DNA of 44,209 nucleotides from a virus, in the UHGV virus genome UHGV-0168748. The stretch is one strand, 5' to 3'. A model generated the notes under the pieces. It was not told the DNA's origin. It did no database searches and saw nothing but the letters and a program-made list of their open reading frames with translations. The position numbers and the translations under genes are program-made. This document shows, piece after piece, positions 28,909-37,119 of the stretch (the first letter of the stretch is position 1; the number at the start of each line of letters is the position of its first letter).

Positions 28909-29352
28909 TTAGAATGATTTGCTAAAATCGACCCACTCACGATCGCGTGAGTAAACCGCTTGATAACCGCGTCGGATGAAATATTCTTTTGCTTCTTTGC
29001 ACTTCGCATACATGCCAACAACGATCTCGCTGAAAGCTTCATCGGCTGCGATTGCTTTAAAAATCTCTTTCATTACGCCACGCTGTCGATAATCCGGCAA
29101 CACATACAGTGAACGTATCTTGAGGGAACCATTACGATTCCGGTAACTGCAATAACCTACTGCCACACCGTCCAGATACACCAGAACTACGCAGTTACCC
29201 TCGATCAGCTGCCGTGCATTTAACTTCGGCACGGCCATTTTGATTTTTAGTAACGTAGCTTGGTGGTCTAAGTAACGGTAGTGTAATTTAAGTAAGTCAC
29301 TTGCTTGTTGCTCACCGACTTTAGAGGATGCGTTCAATAAATAAATTTCCAT
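28909..29352 (-). CDS. GNAT-family N-acetyltransferase
   Basis: GNAT motif A-like YVLPDYRQRGVMKEIFKA; start moved to ATG 29352 with AAGG RBS. Confidence 0.5.
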   Translation of the reverse strand: MEIYLLNASSKVGEQQASDLLKLHYRYLDHQATLLKIKMAVPKLNARQLIEGNCVVLVYLDGVAVGYCSYRNRNGSLKIRSLYVLPDYRQRGVMKEIFKAIAADEAFSEIVVGMYAKCKEAKEYFIRRGYQAVYSRDREWVDFSKSF

Positions 29353-29385
29353 TTGCAAACCTTAGAGACGCAAAAAAGTAAAAAG

Positions 29386-29514
29386 TTAAAACCAACGCGC
29401 AATGACGAATGCTGCGGCGGCTAATATGGCGGCGGTAATTAGCATCCCGCCCCATGTAAGCTCCGCATCGTATAATGCAGAGATCGCCGCATTCGTAGTA
29501 TTTATCGAGGTCAT
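29386..29514 (-). CDS. small membrane peptide (42 aa), not in ORF track
   Basis: Hand-translated MTSINTTNAAISALYDAELTWGGMLITAAILAAAAFVIARWF; AGGAACAG RBS. Confidence 0.4.
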   Translation of the reverse strand: MTSINTTNAAISALYDAELTWGGMLITAAILAAAAFVIARWF

Positions 29515-29561
29515 CTTTTCTGTTCCTGTTAGTACCCTCCTTACAGAGGGTACGTTCTGGA

Positions 29562-29672
29562 TTATTTGAATGTCGAACCTTCGAACGCCCAGCCGTGTCG
29601 TTTAATTAACCAGTTTAAACCTTTACCGATCAACCACAACGCACCTAGCGTTAGCAGAACCCCTTCAATCAT
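29562..29672 (-). CDS. small membrane peptide (36 aa), not in ORF track
   Basis: Hand-translated MIEGVLLTLGALWLIGKGLNWLIKRHGWAFEGSTFK; strong AGGAGAGGG RBS. Confidence 0.45.
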   Translation of the reverse strand: MIEGVLLTLGALWLIGKGLNWLIKRHGWAFEGSTFK

Positions 29673-29683
29673 AATTCCCTCTC

Positions 29684-29869
29684 CTAATTCCGCCACTCGC
29701 ATTCGCGTTGACGCCAAATCGAACCCCAGAATAGTTTAATCGAATACGATGAAACTACCCATAAAATCATTACCACGCAAAACATGACGTAAAGTATTGC
29801 CAAAATGACCATAAAGCCAAATCCCGCCGCGCTCATCGAACGACGGAACCAATCAGTTTGCATAAACAA
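29684..29869 (-). CDS. small membrane protein (61 aa)
   Basis: Track ORF with hydrophobic core FGFMVILAILYVMFCVVMILWVV; GAGGGAG upstream. Confidence 0.4.
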   Translation of the reverse strand: MFMQTDWFRRSMSAAGFGFMVILAILYVMFCVVMILWVVSSYSIKLFWGSIWRQRECEWRN

Positions 29870-32357
29870 TTTTTACTCCCTCGTTATACACCGCAGGTAA
29901 TGTCACCCCTTCCGGTTCAATGACACAGTACGATGCTTCGTTAAGTTTAGAATGGACTTCAGCTTCGTGGGAGACCACCAGTAACTGCGAGAACTCCCCT
30001 GAGTTTGCTAACGTTTTAATAAAACCAACCAGGTTATTACGGTGTTCTTCGTCCATACCCTCTGAGGGTTCATCCAATAGCAAAGGAAACTGATGTAATT
30101 TCAACGCTTTATACGCAGTCAGTCTGAACATCAGATTGAATATAGCACGTTGTGCCTTAGACCCTTTACGCACATCAGGAACGGGTTCAGGATGTGTTTT
30201 TAGTTGGACAGGAAAAGTATAATCCAAATCACCGTCGGTGAGATCACAAGGCATAACTCGCATGGGGTACGTCCAGACTTGTTCGATATAGCGCGTCATT
30301 AACTCTGTGATTCTGACGATAGCATTGTAAAAATACTTTCTGAGTACACCTTTTTCTGGCGAGAACGCCTGAATCATCAATTTGTTATTAAACTGCTGGG
30401 CTTGTAAATCCGCAAGTTCGCGTTCCAACGTATTGAGCTGATTCAGTTCACTTTCCATTTGACGATAACGCTCACGTGCTGTCGTAAACGCATCCAGTTT
30501 CCCTTCTCGTGCCCGTAAGAGTTCTTCGACAACTGTGTTTGTCAAAGTAACCTTAACGTCATTCTCTAACCGTTCGAATAACGCGCTAAAATCGTCTATA
30601 GCACGTTTAACGCTCTCTAGATAGGTAAGTGTCGTATTAGCTAACTCGTGCTCTCTACGACGCACTGAGAGCGTTTCTGTGGCTTTACCTAAACGCGATT
30701 GTTGGAAAGCAATTTTCTGTTGTAAAGCACCATCGACGTTACCCACAGCAGCTACCGCATCTTGCCATTCTTTTTCTGCCTTCACTAACCGTTGACGGGT
30801 TTCATGATATTCAATAGCAGAATACAGCTCACTGTCAAAAGCCGCGCAGAGACTTCCGAACTGTTCGCGTGATTCTGTAAAGACATTACGTTCTTGTAGA
30901 CACTTAAAGAACATGCTTAAAACCGGGTCCTTTGAGTACGTCAACACGATTTCACGAACCTGACGCATATACGTTACATCAGATTCCAGTTCGACACGAT
31001 CGCGTAATATACTGTCTAACTGTGTTTGAAGCTCCGTACGTTGTTGCTGTTGGCCTCTAATCGAGGTTTCAAGTTCAGACAAAGAACGCGTAACCCCAGG
31101 TCGAAATTTAAACCGACATTGCGGGCAATCTACTTCTGCTGTTTCCAGATAGTGATTTCGTTCGTGGTTCAAGTTTTGTAAAACATTCTCTACGCGCTGG
31201 AGTCTATCTCGCAATCCTGCGGTCTTCTGATCCATCACCAGTAGACGTTCTTCCAAAACGTTGAGCTTTTCGGTTGAATGAATGGCGTCCAGTGTTGTTC
31301 CCAGTCGTTGGCCCCAAACGCGTGCATCGGTTGCAGCACGTAGCTGGTCTAAATTCGCACTCTCACTAAACAGTCCAGGAAAGAGATGCTCGGTGTCCCA
31401 TTTGGTAAGCACTTCACGTAAACGTGCGAGAGTGTTCTTGAGACCCTCGTGATTGCGCATCAGGTAATCCTGTCGCGTTGACTCGTCCATCAATAACGAC
31501 AGATCTTTATTCAACATTGATACTTCCGTTTCTGCTGAAACGACAGCTTCGCGTGCTGTGGCTTCATTGTGTCGTGCGTTCAGTATCTGTTCGTCGGTAG
31601 GCAAACCACCACGATGTTGTAATATTGCGTCGATAGTTGGACCTAAGCCGTTTAATAACGCCTGGATTGATTCGATAGTAACGCCACGATTTAAACCCGG
31701 TAGCTGTTCGATTTGTCGGTTCAGTTCGCGTAAATCCGATTCCAAGCCTTTTAATCTTACCGCTAACTGTTGACGTTCTTCTTCATTTTCAATAACACGT
31801 GTTCGTAACTCTGCGATCTTACGACTGGTAATTTCAATGCCACCGTTTAAGACGGTGAGGTTTTTCCGCAATCTCTGATAGAACCCTAGCGCGTAAGTAA
31901 GGTCAGAGGTACTTAAACGGTAAAACCATTTACGACGTAATTCCGTTCCCGCGTCCGTTAACAACACCTCACCGTTTAACAATTCTTTAATTTCTTTCGT
32001 AATACCAGTGATTTCTTCAACGCGTGAATTGTAAACCTTTGCGTTACCTTGCTCGACAATCTTCGTTCCCGTAGTGAGATTCTCAATATCGCAAACCAAC
32101 GAGTTGCCTTTACGGGCAACTTTGAAACGGTAACGTTGATCGCCGACTAAACAATAATTCGTGTAAGAACCCCCATCCCTGAATTCTGTTTTAGCCGGAG
32201 CTAAGGGCAAAAATACGGACAGTAAACTGGTCTTCCCACAACCGTTCCCACCCAGGATAATCGTTGTCGGTGACTGGATAGTGAAATCGAACGTTTCAAT
32301 TTCGTGCAATCCCATCCCCGTAAAACCTTTGAGTACAATACGTTCAACTTTTAGCAT
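29853..32357 (-). CDS. Rad50/SbcC-like SMC-family ATPase with CxxC zinc hook
   Basis: Walker A GGNGCGKTSLL, long coiled coil with central CPQC, Walker B LLLDEPSEGMD, H-loop VVSHE; start moved to ATG 32357 with GGAGGTG RBS. Confidence 0.7.
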   Translation of the reverse strand: MLKVERIVLKGFTGMGLHEIETFDFTIQSPTTIILGGNGCGKTSLLSVFLPLAPAKTEFRDGGSYTNYCLVGDQRYRFKVARKGNSLVCDIENLTTGTKIVEQGNAKVYNSRVEEITGITKEIKELLNGEVLLTDAGTELRRKWFYRLSTSDLTYALGFYQRLRKNLTVLNGGIEITSRKIAELRTRVIENEEERQQLAVRLKGLESDLRELNRQIEQLPGLNRGVTIESIQALLNGLGPTIDAILQHRGGLPTDEQILNARHNEATAREAVVSAETEVSMLNKDLSLLMDESTRQDYLMRNHEGLKNTLARLREVLTKWDTEHLFPGLFSESANLDQLRAATDARVWGQRLGTTLDAIHSTEKLNVLEERLLVMDQKTAGLRDRLQRVENVLQNLNHERNHYLETAEVDCPQCRFKFRPGVTRSLSELETSIRGQQQQRTELQTQLDSILRDRVELESDVTYMRQVREIVLTYSKDPVLSMFFKCLQERNVFTESREQFGSLCAAFDSELYSAIEYHETRQRLVKAEKEWQDAVAAVGNVDGALQQKIAFQQSRLGKATETLSVRRREHELANTTLTYLESVKRAIDDFSALFERLENDVKVTLTNTVVEELLRAREGKLDAFTTARERYRQMESELNQLNTLERELADLQAQQFNNKLMIQAFSPEKGVLRKYFYNAIVRITELMTRYIEQVWTYPMRVMPCDLTDGDLDYTFPVQLKTHPEPVPDVRKGSKAQRAIFNLMFRLTAYKALKLHQFPLLLDEPSEGMDEEHRNNLVGFIKTLANSGEFSQLLVVSHEAEVHSKLNEASYCVIEPEGVTLPAVYNEGVKIVYAN

Positions 32358-32388
32358 ACCCACCTCCATAATCACGGAGTGTGGTGTA

Positions 32389-32435
32389 AAAAGAAAAAAA
32401 AATAAAAACGAATGGGAGAACCCGAAGGTTCTCCC
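32389..32435 (-). terminator. rho-independent terminator
   Basis: GGGAGAACC-CGAA-GGTTCTCCC followed on minus strand by a long U-run. Confidence 0.75.
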
Positions 32436-32440
32436 AAGTG

Positions 32441-33049
32441 TTATTTGGTATACGGTTGATATCCCATTGAAATCCAGTCATCAATGTTCTTTGAGTTTTC
32501 TACCCAAACCCGACCTGCTTCAGAAGCCATCATCTCCATTGTTAGTGTGCAAATCAGATTGGTTACTGCCGCACATTTCCCTGGCGTTACGCCATCCAGA
32601 TAAACCGGATAGAGATACGGGGATTTAATGCTTTGGTACGGATAAGAATAATGGCTACCGACCATCCAACCTTCTTCTACCGGACACAAGTTAAAGGTAC
32701 GGGTTTCAGGAACTTCGCCTTCAGAGATCCAGTTAACAACGTCTGCTTTAATACGACCGTTGTCCACGTAATAGAACACAACACGTTGCGGAATACTGAC
32801 AGTACCCGCTGGGTCGAGAGCTTCCATTGCTTTGAACGGCGTTGTCAGTAAAGTCGTACTGTTCTCGAGCGCGTAAACCAGTTTGTCATACGCCACCGGT
32901 GTTTTACGCTTAAAGTATTCCCGTAAACGCGGGTAAGCTAAGAACCCTTCAACTTCTTCTTCCATCAGATCGATGAATAACGGGGTGTGTGGATGCTGCT
33001 CTGCGTTCAACATGGCTTCAAGAAAACGAACTAGTGTGATTTCGTTCAT
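32441..33049 (-). CDS. hypothetical protein
   Basis: 202-aa track ORF; no metallophosphatase motifs, so not an Mre11/SbcD partner. Confidence 0.55.
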   Translation of the reverse strand: MNEITLVRFLEAMLNAEQHPHTPLFIDLMEEEVEGFLAYPRLREYFKRKTPVAYDKLVYALENSTTLLTTPFKAMEALDPAGTVSIPQRVVFYYVDNGRIKADVVNWISEGEVPETRTFNLCPVEEGWMVGSHYSYPYQSIKSPYLYPVYLDGVTPGKCAAVTNLICTLTMEMMASEAGRVWVENSKNIDDWISMGYQPYTK

Positions 33050-33061
33050 CTGGCATTTCCT

Positions 33062-33097
33062 TTTAAATCAAAAAAGAAACCCCGAACGTGGTCGGGG
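33062..33097 (-). terminator. rho-independent terminator
   Basis: CCCCGA-ACGTGG-TCGGGG, U-run on minus strand. Confidence 0.6.
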
Positions 33098-33106
33098 CCG
33101 GGCTAA

Positions 33107-33583
33107 TTAGAGCCCTAAGTGCGTGAGTGATAAAATAGGCTGGGATTCACCTTTAATCGTTGCGTAGGAGCGGTACATTTCCGCGTTACTTGAAAAGACT
33201 TCGTTAGCAACGATACATTCACCCGTCTCTAAAGAAAGGAGATAAATGTAGTCGCTCCATACACTTTGTACCAATACCCATTCGAGTGCAGTATCGCTTT
33301 CTCGCGTTGTCCGTAAGTAATGGAAATAAGGACGAATTGCGTCAACGGCTGCATTAAATCGGCGGTGATAAATTCGGGTTAAATCGAACGTCCAAATTGT
33401 TTCCAGGTCGACAGGATGTAATGTACGTACTGTGTCGATGATTGTTGACTGGTCGCCTATACGAGCAGCTTCTGCAATACGTAATAGTTTCCAAGCCACT
33501 GTCAGGTTGTGGCGAATCTGTTCAGGTTTGGCGGACAGGTCATGATGAAATTGTGCTGCTTGGTAGACGTTAGACAGTTGCAT
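33107..33583 (-). CDS. hypothetical protein
   Basis: 158-aa track ORF. Confidence 0.55.
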   Translation of the reverse strand: MQLSNVYQAAQFHHDLSAKPEQIRHNLTVAWKLLRIAEAARIGDQSTIIDTVRTLHPVDLETIWTFDLTRIYHRRFNAAVDAIRPYFHYLRTTRESDTALEWVLVQSVWSDYIYLLSLETGECIVANEVFSSNAEMYRSYATIKGESQPILSLTHLGL

Positions 33584-33660
33584 GATAATTCTCCTTTAGG
33601 TATAACAAGTCGTAAAAAGGACCCCGGACGAATCGGAACGTACCGGGGCCAAGACTACAC

Positions 33661-34050
33661 TCAGTAATCTAATTCGATAGCGCCTGCCATCTCACCGCGT
33701 TCTTCGATAACGATTAAGTAACGGTCGCGAGATTTGCTTTTAGCAAGCGATAAGACAACAGTAGGGTCGCACGTTTTCGTAGTGATAGGAAGAACCTCTT
33801 TTGCGACAGAATCAAGTAGGAAATAGTAACCGGCTGGGCACATCGCGCCCCCGTCGGCTTTCACCAGAATGTAGCGCCCATCTGCGCCGACTTCTTGACA
33901 GGTTGTTTCTCCATTCTCACAGACTTCAAAACTGGGTGGATTGTACTGATAATCGTCGTTGTTGTTTGCTGTCAGCAGTAAATCGTTAACCTGGGTAGAA
34001 GCAGTTACGCTCAGAGAGAAGAAGAATGCTAAAGCGCAAATGAAACGCAT
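33661..34050 (-). CDS. small secreted protein (signal peptide)
   Basis: MRFICALAFFFSLSVTAST; several cysteines in mature part. Confidence 0.55.
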   Translation of the reverse strand: MRFICALAFFFSLSVTASTQVNDLLLTANNNDDYQYNPPSFEVCENGETTCQEVGADGRYILVKADGGAMCPAGYYFLLDSVAKEVLPITTKTCDPTVVLSLAKSKSRDRYLIVIEERGEMAGAIELDY

Positions 34051-34060
34051 GAGTTACTCC

Positions 34061-34471
34061 TTAAATTTTAAGTTTATCCATAGCCACAACGATAGATTTT
34101 TCAGAGGTGTCTAATATCCCTACCCACGGCACACCATCTACGACTTGGAAGAACGGTTTGTTATTTCCAGAGCACAGACGCTTGTCGTTGTATTCGAGAC
34201 GTTGGGCTTTCCACGTTTCGAGGTTAAGTACCGACATAGGGCTGTCGTAGCACCAGGCACCGCCTTGCTCAACAACGAATACGTATCTGTTACCTTTGTA
34301 TTTAAACAGATTCTTCGTCTGGCAGTACAAACCATCGATTTCTGTACAGTAGAAATCATCGGTACTGTTGACGTATTTGATACCATCCGGTAATTTTATT
34401 GTTTTTGCTGTCACGTTAGCAGTGAAGAGAACAGCGATCGCAACGAGAAGCGTGTTGATGATATTTTTCAT
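34061..34471 (-). CDS. small secreted protein (signal peptide)
   Basis: MKNIINTLLVAIAVLFTANVTA. Confidence 0.55.
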   Translation of the reverse strand: MKNIINTLLVAIAVLFTANVTAKTIKLPDGIKYVNSTDDFYCTEIDGLYCQTKNLFKYKGNRYVFVVEQGGAWCYDSPMSVLNLETWKAQRLEYNDKRLCSGNNKPFFQVVDGVPWVGILDTSEKSIVVAMDKLKI

Positions 34472-34482
34472 GATAAACGTCC

Positions 34483-34968
34483 TTAGTATTTAGATTGTTC
34501 CGCGTATTTCTTAACCAGATAAGCGAATTCAGCAACACCGATATCACCGAACCAAATCAGGTAACCGGGGTCGATGTTGTAGTAATAACCGACGAGTTCG
34601 TTGGTTTGTGGGTTGTATAACGTTACGATATATTCCCAGCCACAAGCGTTAGCTTTACAGCCACCACTTTCAATCCAGATTTTGTTATTAATGTTTACCG
34701 GGTACATCGCACCGCCGGGGCCATCCATGTAACCTTTAGCACCGAACATACCATTCAATCCTACCGGGTCCAGTGTTTTATCAACAACCGCTTTAAATGA
34801 CTTATCGGTATCGTACACGTCGTTGATGTTTGGACACGCGTTAGGTTGTCCGTCCCATGCGTTGGTGTCGCATGTAAGCGCATCTTTCACTGATGCTGCA
34901 TCAACAGTTGGTGTAACACCGATAAACATGAAAGCCAGAAAGAACATCAGTGTGTGTAAACGTTTCAT
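34483..34968 (-). CDS. small secreted protein, possibly Ivy-like
   Basis: Signal peptide MKRLHTLMFFLAFMFIGVTPTVDA; GGCKANACGW loop resembles the CKPHDCG loop of Ivy lysozyme inhibitors. Confidence 0.5.
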   Translation of the reverse strand: MKRLHTLMFFLAFMFIGVTPTVDAASVKDALTCDTNAWDGQPNACPNINDVYDTDKSFKAVVDKTLDPVGLNGMFGAKGYMDGPGGAMYPVNINNKIWIESGGCKANACGWEYIVTLYNPQTNELVGYYYNIDPGYLIWFGDIGVAEFAYLVKKYAEQSKY

Positions 34969-34986
34969 CGTAACTACTCCTTTAGA

Positions 34987-35382
34987 TTATTCAGCAGGGC
35001 GATTTAAAGTAACACGACCGATTAATTCGGCATTATGAAAGAAATCTACAGCGGTATAATTACCAACTGATAACGGGTGAATACTAACCGACATGACTTT
35101 TGGTTGTTCGCAAGCAATATCAGTTAGACGTTGATAGACACGTGCGCCGTTATCGGCAATGATTAGTCCGGTGCATGTACTGTCACGCATCAGGCGGTAC
35201 ACCTCTAGTTTACCGAAGCTCCGCATTAGTGTTGGTGTTTCATCAGGATTAATAATTGGGGAATCTGGTGCTGGGTCGTAGTAGCGGATATCCGATTCAC
35301 CGAAAGCGTACGTACCGGTAATACCGATAGCGCAGAAAATAATGATAGTATAAAGTATAGTTTTAATATTCATTTCACGCAC
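34987..35382 (-). CDS. small secreted protein (signal peptide)
   Basis: MNIKTILYTIIIFCAIGITGTYA. Confidence 0.5.
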   Translation of the reverse strand: MREMNIKTILYTIIIFCAIGITGTYAFGESDIRYYDPAPDSPIINPDETPTLMRSFGKLEVYRLMRDSTCTGLIIADNGARVYQRLTDIACEQPKVMSVSIHPLSVGNYTAVDFFHNAELIGRVTLNRPAE

Positions 35383-35433
35383 TCCTTAAATAGAACGGGG
35401 ACCACGAAGTCCCCCCCCCTTTTTTTCCTGTAA

Positions 35434-35904
35434 TTATTGTTCGTATTCGGTGTTCCAGCAAGATTCGAGGAAGTTACCGTCCATCACTTTCTTAACGTTT
35501 TTGGCTGATGGGTTAAAGGTAGCAACCTTTTTCTGGTCGAGGTATAAGTCAAACTCAGTTGCTGTAGAGATTGCTTTTACAAAACTAACCCAAGTATTGT
35601 CGGTATTACGTGTGCCGTCAGGAACTACACCCCAGAACTCTTCACCATCGATAACGAAACTAATGTCGTTATCTTCCGAGTTGGCCACCACATTACCATC
35701 TTTAGAGATAAAGATCTTGTGTGGTAAAATGTTGTTTTCATCTGGATTACCGGTACAGCTAATGGTAATACCCCATCCACCGTTATCGATACCATACTCG
35801 GTTTCACCCATTGCAAAGCCACTACCCCACATGTTCGGAATGGCCTGTGCAGCAGTGGCGCTTACAGTTAAAACGATAGCTAAGAAGATGTTAGACAGTT
35901 TCAT
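35434..35904 (-). CDS. small secreted protein, paralogue of 35942-36397
   Basis: Signal peptide; conserved blocks TISCTGN, SFVIDGEEF, TWVSFVKAI shared with the neighbour. Confidence 0.55.
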   Translation of the reverse strand: MKLSNIFLAIVLTVSATAAQAIPNMWGSGFAMGETEYGIDNGGWGITISCTGNPDENNILPHKIFISKDGNVVANSEDNDISFVIDGEEFWGVVPDGTRNTDNTWVSFVKAISTATEFDLYLDQKKVATFNPSAKNVKKVMDGNFLESCWNTEYEQ

Positions 35905-35941
35905 GGTTATATTCCTTTTAGTTTAAAAATTAAGTTATTTA

Positions 35942-36397
35942 TCAAGGACGGCTATGTCCACAGTTCTTAAAGAAAGTTTCGGGCAGACGCTCACCATCTA
36001 CAATAAAGTTAGCGGCTTCGTTACCGTTGATAGCCACACCGAAGCTTTTTGCATTAGCGATAGCATTAGCGAAGGCAACCCAAGCTTTTTCTGCTTTGTC
36101 GCTGCCGTCAATAGTGGGAATGATATAGTTTTTGCCGTTTACGACAATACTCATTTCGTTGTCTTCGGCATTAGTTGAACCGACCGGTTCACCGTAATAC
36201 CAAACCATGCGACCGTAAAACTTACGATTAGCCGTTGCGGTATCGCAGTTGATAGACAAGCTGTTCCCATTTTCGTCTTCGATTTCGTAAACAGCATTTC
36301 CCGGACTTTGAAGTCCTTCCCAGCTTCCGATTGCGGCGTAAGCGTTATTGAGACCGAAAGTTAAAAGGGTTACTAAGAATGCGATAAAAGTTTTCAT
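35942..36397 (-). CDS. small secreted protein, paralogue of 35434-35904
   Basis: Signal peptide; conserved blocks SINCDTA, SIVVNGKNY, AWVAFANAI. Confidence 0.55.
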   Translation of the reverse strand: MKTFIAFLVTLLTFGLNNAYAAIGSWEGLQSPGNAVYEIEDENGNSLSINCDTATANRKFYGRMVWYYGEPVGSTNAEDNEMSIVVNGKNYIIPTIDGSDKAEKAWVAFANAIANAKSFGVAINGNEAANFIVDGERLPETFFKNCGHSRP

Positions 36398-36446
36398 TGA
36401 AATACTCCTTAAAGGTTAACAGGTTAAAAGAGTTAATCGTAACTCT

Positions 36447-36470
36447 CACCTAAGTAATATATATCTGAAA
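36447..36470. promoter_or_regulatory. conserved 24-bp intergenic element, copy 1
   Basis: CACCTAAGTAATATATATCTGAAA; 23/24 identical to 40771-40794; flanked by hairpin AGAGTTA-ATCG-TAACTCT. Confidence 0.45.
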
Positions 36471-36489
36471 TTATTTCTAATCGTACTGA

Positions 36490-36520
36490 ACAAAAAAGAA
36501 AGTGGGAGCAATGCTCCCAC
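36490..36520 (-). terminator. rho-independent terminator
   Basis: GTGGGAG-CAATG-CTCCCAC, U-run on minus strand. Confidence 0.6.
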
Positions 36521-36525
36521 TGCGT

Positions 36526-37107
36526 TCAAACATCGAACCGATACAAACGAGAACCTACCAGAAACTCGGTGTTCAGTTCTATCCACTCGAGTAAGTCTCC
36601 GAGCGGTAAACGCTTCGGGTTTTCTAACTCGATAGTGGCAACTGGATAGGAGTTAACCAATTCCGTAATGGACTCGATACCCTCCTGCGTTCCGTCGTCG
36701 TCTAACGTAATACTGAAGGGCATATCCGTACGTTCAGCACTCGGATTATACAGGTTGATTTTACTGGCTTGTACAAACGCCGAGTAGTCGTCCCGAATGA
36801 TCCTTACGTCAGGCAGTAACGATACCCACAAAAGTCCACCCGCTGGTGCTTTACGTCGTGCGTATTGCACAAACGGCGATGCAGGAATCTTATCCATAGC
36901 GCAGCAGATACAACGTAGCGTAGGGCCACGAGGATCGGTGTGTTCTACAGCAAAGATACCTATCGGGTCCAGACTACTTTTCTGTTTTACCAGAAAGGCC
37001 AGTACCGTGTCCGCCTTTTCGGGTAAGGAAAGCTCAATTCCTTCTAGCTCCCCATTGACGAGGTTTTCCAACCATACGTCTTTTCGCATTTCTATTAATC
37101 GGTACAC
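36526..37107 (-). CDS. hypothetical protein
   Basis: 193-aa track ORF. Confidence 0.55.
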   Translation of the reverse strand: MYRLIEMRKDVWLENLVNGELEGIELSLPEKADTVLAFLVKQKSSLDPIGIFAVEHTDPRGPTLRCICCAMDKIPASPFVQYARRKAPAGGLLWVSLLPDVRIIRDDYSAFVQASKINLYNPSAERTDMPFSITLDDDGTQEGIESITELVNSYPVATIELENPKRLPLGDLLEWIELNTEFLVGSRLYRFDV

Positions 37108-37119
37108 GGTACCACCTCA

